Program-made: the position numbers and the translations under genes
Source: Lytechinus pictus
Taxonomy: Eukaryota
Reading direction: 5' to 3'
DNA: 64,000 nt
NCBI RefSeq assembly: GCF_037042905.1
Contig: NC_087257.1
Location: 10,602,001 to 10,666,000, forward strand
In this document: piece after piece, positions 42,188 to 53,976 of the stretch
Layout: each line of letters starts with the position of its first letter
Numbering within the stretch: position 1 is the stretch's first letter
The notes under the pieces: generated by a model
Database searches by the model: none
Seen by the model: only the letters and a program-made list of their open reading frames with translations
What the model was told of the DNA's origin: nothing

Positions 42188-42282
42188 AATAGTAGACAAA
42201 CCGGTTGTAGATGAAACCATTTGGGATTAGACCAAATGGATTGTAGACCAAATGAGAGTAGACCAAGTGGCAATGTACTCTG

Positions 42283-42346
42283 TCATGCCTCTTTCCTGAA
42301 CTTGATTTTAGCGTTGTCCAAGTACAGACAATCATCGATAAAGTAA
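42283..42346 (-). CDS. PGAP3: PGAP3 terminal coding exon
   Basis: tatacag acceptor; (S)YFIDDCLYLDNAKIKFRKEA* resembles the PGAP3 C-terminus (FLEDDSLYL). Confidence 0.85.
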
Positions 42347-42886
42347 CTGTATAATAAAAGAAAGAAAGGAGAAATTAGCAATGTGCAGAGACAATCATCA
42401 ACAAAGTAACTGCATATTGAAAGAAAAGAAGGTTAAAAAAAGACATTCAGAATGGATTTAACTGATAGAAGAAACAAACGAGAAAGTTTTCATAAGCAAA
42501 ATCATAGATAATGTCTGACTTCCTATTTACTAAACCTCCCTGAAAGGAATGAATTACTTTACACTCCACAAAAATATTATATAAATCATAATCAAATAAA
42601 GATGATAGGGAGTGTTGTATGACATCAACCGCTATCTCATATACGCATCTTATATCTTAGCCTTCTTACTTTTCAACCACTTTTGATGAAATTGTAGGCA
42701 TTGAGCCTGTTTGACTTTCTCTACTTATTTATTATAATAAACATTTTGTTGGGGTAGGCTTAATTTTTTAACATATGATGCATTTCAGATTGACCAACCA
42801 CACAGATATCACCAATGGCATCTTTGAGCCGTTGAAGCTTCTTGGCTTGCCCTAAACAAGAACTTTCATGACATATTACATTTGTA

Positions 42887-43138
42887 GAGGTGCTGTGACT
42901 CGGTGGATGAGTCTCAAGACTTTGAAACACAAGGTCCAGAGTTCAAGTCCCACAGCAGCACTCACGTCCTTTGGCAAGGCATTTATCTACATTTGCCACT
43001 CTCCACCCAGAGTAAATGGATTGTAGTAAATGGATAGCCGGTAAGAAGAAATTTCTTGAATGCTTGAGTCCCAATAAGGGTAGCCATGAAAAGCCGGGGG
43101 TGATGCAGTACTTAGAAACACTGTATTCCGCACTAAAT
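42887..43138 (+). mobile_element. Diverged tRNA-derived SINE
   Basis: tRNA-like head gactttgaaac..GAGTTCAAGTCC, core gtcctttggcaaggcatt..ctccacccagagtaaatgg. Confidence 0.65.
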
Positions 43139-43438
43139 AAAGGCTTGGTCCATCTGCACTTACGGATGCAGAGAGGATGTAAAACGGAAAAGAATCTTGC
43201 AATTCGTTGGAAAACATTATGTAACTGTTGTGTACTCTTTGCATACATGTTTTATATACACTGTATGTTTTCTATATCCATCGAGCATCCGTCTACTATG
43301 ATTTAATTGTTCGCCCATTTTGTCCATTGTCTGGAGCGCTGTATTCGTTATGAATACGTTTTGTGTCCGTTGGCCAGTGGGACGAGGCCTTAATGTTGCA
43401 AATTATAATTACTTCATATATGTTTCTGGAACACCTAC

Positions 43439-43643
43439 CTTGAATAGAGAAATGCTATTGGGATTGTGCTTGCATGCCAGAGAGAGTGGGCATCGAACGT
43501 CCACCAGAGAGGGGGAAAGTCCAACACTTCTAGCAAGAGACAGAGGTTGATCGTCACAACGGATGCGATGGCCTTCCATAGATAAGGCTGCTGTTTTATG
43601 TTCCATAAGCTCCACGCCACAATCAGGATAAAATTCAAAATCG
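43439..43643 (-). CDS. PGAP3: PGAP3 coding exon 6
   Basis: ctacag / gtaggt; LLEVLDFPPLWWTFDAHSLWH (HxxxH motif of Per1/CREST). Confidence 0.95.
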
Positions 43644-44077
43644 CTGTAGATAAAATAATGTAAGAGACATGGAGGGTGGGGCGGCATAAAAGAGAGTAAT
43701 ATCTGTCGTCTATAAGGTCAGTGACTATGACTGATGAAACTAGACGTAAAATTTTTCCATTTATACCAGCTTGGCGTTTACCAGAAAAAAGCTGTCCTGC
43801 CGAGTTCCTACTGGAATTACCATAAACAGAAAAAGAAACAGATCTATTATTGATGGGGATTGGGATGGGAGCGTGAAGTCGGAAAGAAATTTTGATGCTC
43901 TGTAATAGTTCCATACTTTCACATATTGATATCATTGAAGTTACGAACTGCCAAAGAAGAACTGATCGAGAAATGGATAAGAGATCGAACTATTATAGTA
44001 GGCTACCTAAAAGAGGAGGGAAAAGGGAAAAGATGGAAAAAAATATGCAAAGTAAGCAAAGTCCAAGGAGAGAGAGA

Positions 44078-44121
<44 letters not shown>

Positions 44122-45959
44122 GGAGACCAAGGGAGAGAAAGAGAGAAGAGAGGAAGGTATGAGATAGAACAAAAGGGTAATTACAAATTAAAGATAATTA
44201 TAAAATAGGTGTATTATTTCAAGCATCGCGATTGGCCAGTACGCGTCACATGACATCCAACTTCTTTGGTGCACTGCACGGCAGTGCAAAAGGTGCGCAA
44301 CGAAAATTGACATTGCACGCTCAAGCAAACCAATGCGGTAGAAGTCCCGGGAGAAGTCCAACAAAACTGTACTGTAACTTTTTAAGAATTTGTTTCTGTG
44401 TTGCTATTTTATAAAACTAATAATGCACTTGCTCTGTCGTGCGTAAAAGTAAATGCAGAGAAAGCTCGGTTTCTTCAGATGGTGCACACTGGGCACTCGC
44501 CGCCAGCGGCTCGTGCACAGTGCGGCACCTATCTAAAGAAACCTCGCGTGCTCTGCATTTCCACTAACGCTCTCGGCTGCATGCATTATTTGTATAATAC
44601 CAGTTGTGGTAACGATCTCAAAATGACATTACGTCAAACCCCCGTTTGGAGAAAGACCGCAGTTCAGATTGCAAACTGCGGTTCTTTACCCCAAATTTCG
44701 TTAGAAAATCTCAATAACATTTCCAAGCCCTGATAAACCCATCTTGGCCAGGTAATCCCAGTTCACCTCCACAGGCCAGTAAATGCGTTGAGCCAAGGAC
44801 GAAATGATAAACAACAGCTGTGCTATTACGTAAGACTTCTCTGACTGGAGAAGGACCTTCGGAATGAAATTATTGTATTCGATATTTAATCACGTTTTCA
44901 AAGGCATATTATATTCAGACATCCAATATTATTCCATTTTCAATTTCGAACGAATAAAATCGACCTCGAAATAAGGAAGAAAGAAAGAAAGAAAGAAAAA
45001 AAAAAGAAAGAAAGAAAGAAGAAAAAAGTTGCACTTTCACCGCGTGTATACATGGAACTCCATAGCAGGCTCTTAAGACACTCACCAGAACTACACACAT
45101 TGCAATCCATCGTGTGTGCCCCCCCTGCTGTGACTGTATATGCTGGGCTGTTGTGTTATCTTCGGACCGAGGTCAAGAAACAGGTGTTTCTATACTTAAA
45201 TTTCATGCTTGGGGCAATTAGGGTTTGTAGTACTTGGAGAAGAGAATTGAGGAAAAGGAAAACTGGGGTATAGTGTTCTCAAATGGAGGTTTTTCGTCAT
45301 GGAGTGAACAGAATCTAATGAAATTACTACCAAACTGTTTGTATGTATAAATAAAAAAATATGTGCCAAATAGCTCTGGAAGAAAATGCGTAATTGCTGA
45401 GAAATGAGCAAGATAAGCACGGGATTCGATCAAATGTTGGGTATTTTTTCTGAAGCAATATTAATACACTGTCCCACATATGCTTTTCTGTGTTAGTGAT
45501 CATCAGAATTATCGATTTTGAGCTAAGATTTCATGATTTGCAGAGATAATTTTACATTAATGTAACAGATCTAGATGCATGATAATATTTTGACAAGTAA
45601 CCTTGATTTAAAAAGAATTTCTCATGGAATAATAGTTCGCTGCAACTACTGTCTTTTACCTTTACGGGAAAGGGAGTTGGTTGAGGGGGGTAAGAGAGGG
45701 AAGTGGAGGCAAATGCAGAAGGTATGAAAGGAAGAGAAGGAAGAACAGCTTAATATAATTTACTCTTCCAAAATAATGCTGATAGTTAATGTATCTTGCC
45801 AAAGAAGTATTTACTGTAGGAAAATTAAAAAAAAATCAAATTTTTTACATGCTACATCTCCGTCGGGAGTTTGCTCTTCCATATATTTACTTTTTCCATA
45901 TGTATGAATATCAGTTTGCAATAACGTACAATTAACTTTGCTTTGTACCTTTGACTCAC

Positions 45960-46108
45960 CTGTTGTAATATTGACCTTCATATTGTAACCATAATCAAAA
46001 CGAATCAACGCCAGGAAGCAGACGTGTCTGAGGTAGAAAAGAGATGTGACAGCAGCGATTCCTACGGCTACTTTCATGTTCATCCCGTTGTCCCGAACAG
46101 CAAATATT
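45960..46108 (-). CDS. PGAP3: PGAP3 coding exon 5
   Basis: ttctag / gtgagt; RFDYGYNMKVN motif. Confidence 0.93.
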
Positions 46109-46784
46109 CTAGAAATACAGACAAGAAATACCAGCATTTTAAATCAAAATTAGACAAGCATATTAAACCGCAGATAGGAGGGGGGGGCAGAAGATTTGAC
46201 CGCAACCCATTAAATTGGAAGCAAAATTCATTTTGGAATGATGACCTCTTTTGTTACGCTTGTAAATTTTTTTTTTCCGCAGATGAAAAATGTGAGTGAT
46301 GCCCCCCCCCCTTTTTTTGCTTGTCCAATATTTCTGTTATTATGTTATCATTCAAGTAGGCCTGTTTTTCAAGAATACTATGTTGCATTGTGGGTTAGAA
46401 TCCTGGCTAGCTTTCAGTAACTGAGGACTTGAGATGGTGCTACACTACACAAGGCTTTTAGTTCGTATTTGCTTTAAAGAGGTTGCAAGTAAGTTCATAA
46501 ACAAGTTTCCTCTCCACCAGAGAAAAACCTTTTTATTTTTAGTTTTGTCAAAATTAATTCATTCCTACTATACATGTACATACCTGTACATGTATAGCTC
46601 TATAGAGGCCTTCTCTTACTTCTATTCATTTCTATATTCTAATCAATATTCCTTTATTTCAACCTATCATTGGAACGCATCTCTTGATTTTATTCTTTAA
46701 AAAATCAATTATTTTCATTTGTTTATTCAGTACTTGAGTGACCGAACAGCCAAGTGCTGTTTTTCTTAAGGGTTCACACTCTTA

Positions 46785-47002
46785 GGGGGCGTTGCAAGAA
46801 ACGTACGATCAATTGCAAGTCTATTTTCGTTCCCGAAATCAAGCGCCGGGCAATTAATTGTAAACTTGCGATTGATTGCTTATCTGCTCCATGAAACAAG
46901 GAGTGTAATCTTATTTGCCATAGTTAAAAGTGATCAATCAATTGTGTAAAATTGCAACAGAATATTTGCGATTGATTGCAAATATTTTCTTGCAACACCC
47001 CC
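46785..47002. mobile_element. PIF/Harbinger MITE
   Basis: TTA|GGGGGCGTTGCAAGAAA ... TTTCTTGCAACACCCCC|TTA. Confidence 0.85.
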
Positions 47003-47026
47003 TTAGACAATCTGTGAAACACCTAC

Positions 47027-47088
47027 CTTAGTAATGTTGCTGTTAAGCCGGACAAGACAAGAGAATACGCACAATAGTAGTCCATTTT
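47027..47088 (-). CDS. PGAP3: PGAP3 coding exon 4
   Basis: ctccag / gtaggt; KMDYYCAYSLVL. Confidence 0.92.
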
Positions 47089-48127
47089 CTGGAGAAGAAA
47101 AAGCAGATCACAGTGAAATAATTTTGACATTTGTTTAGTTCACTCCCTTCAAGCCTTCTAATATTTCTCTTTCTTTCATTGGATTCGATGAAATTTCCTT
47201 TGCGTTCATCCTTTAAAGGACAAGGCCAACCCAACAAAAAGTTGATTTGAATAAAAAGAGAAAAATCAACAAGCATGACACTGAAAATTCCATCAAAATC
47301 AGATGTAAAATAAGAAAGTTATGACATTTTTAAAGTTTCGCTTAATTTTACAAAACAGTTACATGCACATCCTGGTCGGTATGCAAATGAGGAAACTGAT
47401 GACGTCATCCACTCAATATTTATTTTGTATTTTATTTTCTAATGTTCTCATCATTGTCAAGTGAAACAACGATTAATTCCTAGGTTTAAAACCTAGGTTT
47501 AACACAAATTTATACAAGAATTTTAAAACCACACTTATATGGAATGCTGGGCTTCGTAAATTATCTTTCTTATTAGTAGCAATTATAATGTATCAATTCA
47601 TTATTCAAATTCATAATATTTTTGCATTTTGTTATTCTTTCCATTTCATGACTCTGTGAATTTTTCATTTGACAACTTTTTGCAGCAGGATAAGAATAAT
47701 TTTAACTGGTGAATGACACTAAGAACTTGCACTCCATAAAAGAGTGCCAGTTAAACCCGGTTTAATTAAACCATGGCTATCATAAAATACCAACCATTAC
47801 ATATAAAACTGTACAATACAGCTATCCATTCAAAATACAAAAATTTAAACCTGTCCCCATCTAAATATGCTGGCACTGCCACAGCTCTTTTTCAAGGAGT
47901 GATATTTAAAGAATGCAAGTGATTTCATGAGGCAAAACTAGTAGAATGTACAAATCAGGATACTTGAAAAATCAGAAACTTACAACCACAACACTAATCA
48001 GAACTATACTGCTACCTTATATACTACTTTTGATTCTTGTTATATTCATAATAAATATATAGAAATCGGGTTGACAAGAAAGAATTTTTCAAATCATGTA
48101 ATAATTGTGAAAGAGAACAAAACACAC

Positions 48128-48190
48128 CTCTGTCCAGGCTAAATCTCTGGAGTGGAAGACTGTTGACCATATCCAAGCATTTACTGCAAT
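48128..48190 (-). CDS. PGAP3: PGAP3 coding exon 3
   Basis: caacag / gtgtgt; NAWIWSTVFHSRD (SxxxH motif). Confidence 0.93.
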
Positions 48191-48201
48191 CTGTTGAAAT
48201 C

Positions 48202-48234
<33 letters not shown>

Positions 48235-48267
48235 AAAGAAAGTTTGAAAACCTATTGAATGTCTAGA

Positions 48268-48576
48268 CAGGGTTCCCACAGTGATTTGAAAACAGAATTC
48301 CATGACTTTTCCATGACTAAATTGCTACTTTCCATGAATTTCCGGGAGTTATGTAGAATTTGGGATGTCACAAAACTGGGAAAAATGGAAATCATGACAC
48401 CAATTATAATAGCAGAATATGATCACAGAGTATGAGAGTTGCGAGACATGACAAACTGGAAAGCTGCCATAGCCAAGAGGTAAATGCAATTCCATGACTT
48501 ATCACAAATTTTCCAAATTCCCTGACTTTCCATGATCAAATTTTTTCCAGGATTTTCCATGACTGTGGGAACCATG
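48268..48576. mobile_element. MITE with 5-bp TSD (hAT5-like)
   Basis: CAGGGTTCCCACAGT / ACTGTGGGAACCATG, TSD CTAGA, TTCCATGA subterminal repeats. Confidence 0.8.
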
Positions 48577-48586
48577 CTAGATTGAT

Positions 48587-50762
48587 GTCGAATGTCTAGA
48601 TTGATAGGAGAGTCATTTTTAACCTATAACTTTCATATAAAGAAACCGAACACCGTTATTCCTATTTTCTTTGATTTGGCACCACAAGAGAAGACAATAG
48701 AACTGTAGAGACATACGATTTTCATTTCTAAATTAAGAACCCATTCGCCATATGACCAATGGGTGAGAAAGAAAGTTTGAAAACTTGTCGAATGTCTAGA
48801 TTGATAGGAGAGTCATTTTTAACCTATAACTTTCATATAAAGAAACCGAACACTATTATTCCTATTTTCTTTGATTTGGCACAATAAGAGAAGATATGGA
48901 ACTTTAGAGACAAACGATTTTCATTTCTAAATTAAGAATCCATTCGCCATATGACCAATGGGTCAGAAAGAAAGTTTGAAAACTTGTCGAATGTCTAGAT
49001 TGATAGGAGAGTCATTTTTAACCTATAACTTTCATATAAAGAAACCGAACACTGTTATTCCTATTTTCTTTCATTTGGCACAATAAGAGAAGATATGGAA
49101 CTTAAGAGACAAACGATTTTCATTTCTAAATTAAGAATCCAATCGCCATATGACCAATGGGTGAGAAAGAAAGTTTGAAAACTTGTCGAATGTCTAGATT
49201 GATAGGAGAGTCATTTTTAACCTATAACTTTCATACAAAGAAACCGAACACTGTTATTCGTATTTACTTTGATTTGGCACCACAAGAGAAGACAATAGAA
49301 CTTTAGAGACATACGATTTTCATTTCTAAATTAAGAATCCATTCGCCATATGACCAATGGGTGAGAAAGAAAGTTTGAAAACTTGTCAAATGTCTAGATT
49401 GAGAGGAGAGTCATTTTTAACCTATAACTTTCATATAAAGAAACCGAACACTATTTATTCCTATTTTCTTTGATTTGGCACAATAAGAGAAGATGTGGAA
49501 CTTTAGAGAAAAACGATTTTCATTTCTAAATTAAGAACCCATTCGCCATATGACCAATGGGTCAGAAAGAAAGTTTGAAAACTTGTCGAATGTCTAGATT
49601 GATAGGAGAGTCATTTTTAACCTATAACTTTCATATAAAGAAACCGAACACTGTTATTCCTATTTTCTTTGATTTGGCACCACAAGAGAAGACAATAGAA
49701 CTGGAGAGACATACGATTTTCATTTCTAAATTAAGAACCCATTCGCCATATGACCAATGGGTGAGAAAGAAAGTTTGAAAACTTGTCGAATGTCTAGATT
49801 GATAGGAGAGTCATTTTTAACCTATAACTTTCATATAAAGAAACCGAACACTATTATTCCTATTTTCTTTGATTTGGCACAATAAGAGAAGATATGGAAC
49901 TTTAGAGACAAACGATTGTCATTTCTAAATTAAGAACCCATTCGCCATATGACCAATGGGTGAGAAAGAAAGTTTGAAAACTTGTCGAATGTCTAGATTG
50001 ATAGGAGAGTCATTTTTAACCTATAACTTTCATATAAAGAAACCGAACACTATTTATTCCTATTTTCTTTGATTTGGCACAATAAGAGAAGATATGGAAC
50101 TTTAGAGACAAACGATTTTCATTTCTAAATTAAGAATCCATTCGCCATACGACCAATGGGTCAGAAAGAAAGTTTGAAAACTTGTTGAATGTCTAGATTG
50201 ATAGGAGAGTCATTTTAACCTATAACTTTCATATAAAGAAACCGAACACTATTTATTCCTATTTTCTTTGATTTGGCACAATAAGATAAGATATGGAACT
50301 TTAGAGACAAATGATTTTCATTTCTAAATTAAGAATCCATTCGCCATATGACCAATGGGTGAGAAAGAAAGTTTGAAAACTTGTCGAATGTCTAATTTGA
50401 TAGGAGAGTCATTTTTAACCTATAACTTTCATATAAAGAAACCAAACACTGTTATTCCTATTTTCTTTGATTTGGCACCACAAGAGAAGACAATAGGACT
50501 TTAGAGACATACGATTTTCATTTCCAAATTGAGAATCCATTCGCCATACGACCAATGGGTCAGATAGAAGTTTGAAAACTTGTTGAATGTCTAGATTGAT
50601 AGGAGAGTCATTTTTAACCTATAACTTTCATATAAAGAAACCAAACACTGTTATTCCTATTTTCTTTGATTTGGTACCACAAAAAGAGAAGACTTATGGA
50701 ACATTAGAGAAATACAATTTTCATTCCAAATAAAAAATCCATTCGCCATATATGACCAGTGG
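48587..50762 (+). repeat. ~199-200-bp satellite, 11 units, in a PGAP3 intron
   Basis: gaatgtctagattgatagg recurs at about 48590, 48790, 48989, 49188, 49388, 49588, 49788, 49987, 50187, 50386 and 50585. Confidence 0.97.
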
Positions 50763-51028
50763 GTATCTCCTCTAAAAACTGTACCCACTCAAATAATTTT
50801 CCTGGTATCGGATTGCAATGTGCTCCACCTTTCTTTTTCTTAAAGACTGCTACACAAAAAGTAATTTGTGTAGTATAAATAGTTTACAAAGGACTGTACA
50901 GAAAGTAGTTGAGAGCTATTTTATGACCAAAATTCTAATCATATTTGGGGGAAAAAATATTCCCCATCACTCATCTGTTAATAACGCATCATGTATGCTA
51001 TATTAAATGAAAAAGAAGACTCTTTTAA

Positions 51029-51952
51029 GGACGTTCCACAGTTAAAGTGAAATCCATGTCATTTTCACCAAACTTTGCACATAGATACTTTAGAACCTGA
51101 ATATTCGAAATATGCAAGAATTAACATAGGTCCATGTGCTTGATTTTTTGCTAGAGGGCTTCAAAGTTCACCCAACTGGATGTTCTTAAGAATTGCGCAT
51201 TCAAAAGAATTTGTCATTTTTAGACCTCGCAAGATCACTACAATGAATTTAAACCTCCATTACTCAGTCAAAATACATGAAAAAGTCATCAAATTTCACA
51301 AGAGAGTTAATAATTGTATCGTTAGAATGGAGAATCTGTTTATACTGCTATTTGTTTACAATAAACAGCACTGTCAGTTCTTAAAAATGGCGTAAAAGAT
51401 AACAAAAACCCAATCTCAAAAATGTGAAATTTCAATAACTACAAAAGGACAATAAATGCTGCACTTTATTCAAAATCCATGTCATTTTTACCACCATTTG
51501 CAAAGTTGTAGAGGAAGGTATACCTAAGAGGTGCAAACATTAAAAAATAGGGGTTCATGTGCTTGTTTTCAAATTTTTACCATTTTTACTAGAGCAAATG
51601 TGCTATTTAAAACACCAAAAATGCGCCAAATGCTTTGTATCTATGTGCAGAAAAAATCAAATCCACTCTACCATTTATTCAAACTCGGGGTTATATTCGT
51701 GATTCTTGGCAGCACTGCAGAGTAAAGTATTATGAAATTGTAGAGATATTTTTTTTAATGGTCCATGGAATAATTCCAGTTTTTTAGCTTCATAAAATAA
51801 CGCATCGGATCTGCAGTTCGAGTGCAGATGATGAGAAAAATCAGTTCATACCCACAGCTAATTAATCACCTGTTCATCCATTGTGACATCAGCGCGCAGA
51901 GTGTAAAATATGTGCTGATTATAATGCGCACAAACATAACTGTGGAACGTCC
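51029..51952. mobile_element. TTAA-targeting (Kolobok-like) non-autonomous element
   Basis: TTAA|GGACGTTCCACAGTTA ... TAACTGTGGAACGTCC|TTAA. Confidence 0.85.
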
Positions 51953-52126
51953 TTAAGATTTAATAATTATATTTAAGATATATACATGTATCATATAAGA
52001 TTCTTTAAGATTGAATAATTATATTTTTCACTGAGTTATGATAAACATCAATAATTCTCAATTACATTCTCGTTTTGTTTTTTTAGTTTTTATGGACACA
52101 CTGTTTAACACTTCTACAATACTTAC

Positions 52127-52279
52127 CATACCCTGTGCTAAACCAACGTAATACATGGGTGCTGTATTAGGAACCTTCTTTCTCAACTGGAAAATATTGA
52201 AGACTTGAGCGAAACCATTAGCGATAGAAAAGATGACAGATGCCGGTTCCTGGACTCCTAATATTCTGATAAAGGGCCA
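52127..52279 (-). CDS. PGAP3: PGAP3 coding exon 2
   Basis: tttcag / gtaagt; WPFIRILGVQEPASVIFS. Confidence 0.95.
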
Positions 52280-52594
52280 CTGAAAAAAAATCAAGTACAT
52301 GGAATTTGTTACCTAAACTTATCTTACAATGAAGTATAAAACTTGAGTATTATATCACTGAAAATCACAAAATTCAAACTTTCCTCCTCCTAAACTTTTT
52401 CAACATTACTGTACCAGGGCAGTTCTGAAGCCAAGCAGTTTAAAAGGCAAATCCACTTATTTTCTTTCAAATGAAAATTATCATTTAAACTTATACTCAT
52501 TTCAATGACATCTAAAATAAATCTAAGGTGGACACATTACATATATTCCAAAATATATCGGGCATTGCAAGCAAATGTAGAAGGAAATATTTTA

Positions 52595-53600
52595 CTTCTT
52601 ATTATCTTCCCCTCAATCCTTTCCTCATTTTCCTTCTCCTTCATCATTTTCTTTCTCCCCCTTCTCCTTCTTTTTCCTCACTCACCATCTTCTTCTTCCT
52701 CCTCCTTCTCTCCCTCTTCCTCCTCCTTTTTCTTTTTACTCCTACGTCATCTTCTTCTTCCCCCTCCTCCTTCTATTCCTTCTCCTTCATCTTCTCCTCT
52801 TCTTCTCTTCCTCCTCCCCTCCTTTTTTCCACCTTATTCATCTTCTTCTTCCTTCTCCTCATCCTATTCATCTCCTTCCTTCTCCTCCTTCTTCCCCCTC
52901 CTCCCATTTCCTTCTCCTTCATCTTCTCATATTTTTCTCTCCCTCCTGCTCCTCCTTCCCTTTTCCACCTCATTCATCTTCTTCCTTCTCCTCATCCTAT
53001 TCACCCCCTCCTTCTCCTCCTTTTTACTCCTTCATCATATTCTTCTTCCTCCTCCTTCTACTTCCTTCTCCTTCATCTTCTTCTCTCCCTCCTTCTTTTT
53101 TCCACCTCATTTATCTTCTTCTTCCTTCTCCTCATCCTATTCATCCACTCCTTCACCTCCTTCTTCCCCTCCTCCTATTTCCTTCATCTTCTCATCTTCT
53201 TCTCTCCCTCCTGCTCCTCCTTTCTTTTTCCACCTCATTCATCTTCTTCCTTCTCCTCATCCTATTCACCCCCCTCCTCCTCCTTTTTACTCCATCATAT
53301 TCTTCTTCCTCCTTCTTCTATTTCCTTCTCCTTCATCTTTTCATCTTCTTCTCTTCCTCCTCCCCCTCCTTCTTTTTTCCACCTCATTCATCTTCTTCTT
53401 CCTTCTCCTCATCCTATTCATCCCCCTCCTTCTCCTTCTTTCTCCTCCTCCTCCTTCATCTTATTCCTCCTTTTCTTTCCTTCTCCTTCACCACTTTCTT
53501 CCTCCTCCCCTCCTCCGTTCATCTTCTCCCTCCCCCTCCTCACCCTCCTTAATCTTCTTCTTCTTTCTCCTCCTTCTTCTTCTCTTCCTTTTCCTCCTTT
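52595..53600. repeat. ~1-kb CT-rich low-complexity tract with ~130-150-bp higher-order repeats
   Basis: Almost G-free + strand; ttccacctcattcatcttcttccttctcctcatcctattca recurs at ~52828, 52963, 53100, 53229 and 53378. Confidence 0.9.
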
Positions 53601-53661
53601 AACCAGTTTATTCACAGATAATCACTCAAGAATCACAACCTTCATTTTCTCTAATATTTAC

Positions 53662-53976
53662 CTTGCCATAAAACTGTGGAATGGAAGAAATGGGGGTCCC
53701 CTCCCTGATCAGATGACTGACTGTTGTCCACATCGACAGGTAGCGGCACTCATGTTTACAGTCCCAGCCAAGCATCCACAGTACTAGGGGTTGGTCTCCA
53801 TGGAAGTGATTCAGCTGCTCCGGGGTGCTACAGTTCTGGTTCAGGCATGCACGAAGAAGGTTTCTGTGAACCTTGTGACGGTCACCTTCTGAAGCAATGA
53901 CTTCTTGCAGAAGACACAGAATCGATCCCAGGATGAGGATTATGATGTATGGATAGGTCTTCCAGGTAGGCTTCAT
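53662..53976 (-). CDS. PGAP3: PGAP3 (Per1-like GPI remodelling protein) first coding exon
   Basis: Signal peptide, ASEGD, CxxxNC, GWDCKHECRYLSMW, PQFYGK, gtaaat donor; an upstream acceptor at ~54012 implies a 5'UTR exon further right; total CDS 1011 nt = 336 aa. Confidence 0.95.

Noticed and set aside
48587-50762. CRISPR or coding repeat (ORF 49557-49778)
   Set aside because: Whole units repeat with no spacers; the ORF is incidental and lies within a PGAP3 intron
52505-53787. 365-aa and 419-aa ORFs
   Set aside because: S/P/L/F low-complexity translations of a CT tract that lacks stops; antisense to PGAP3
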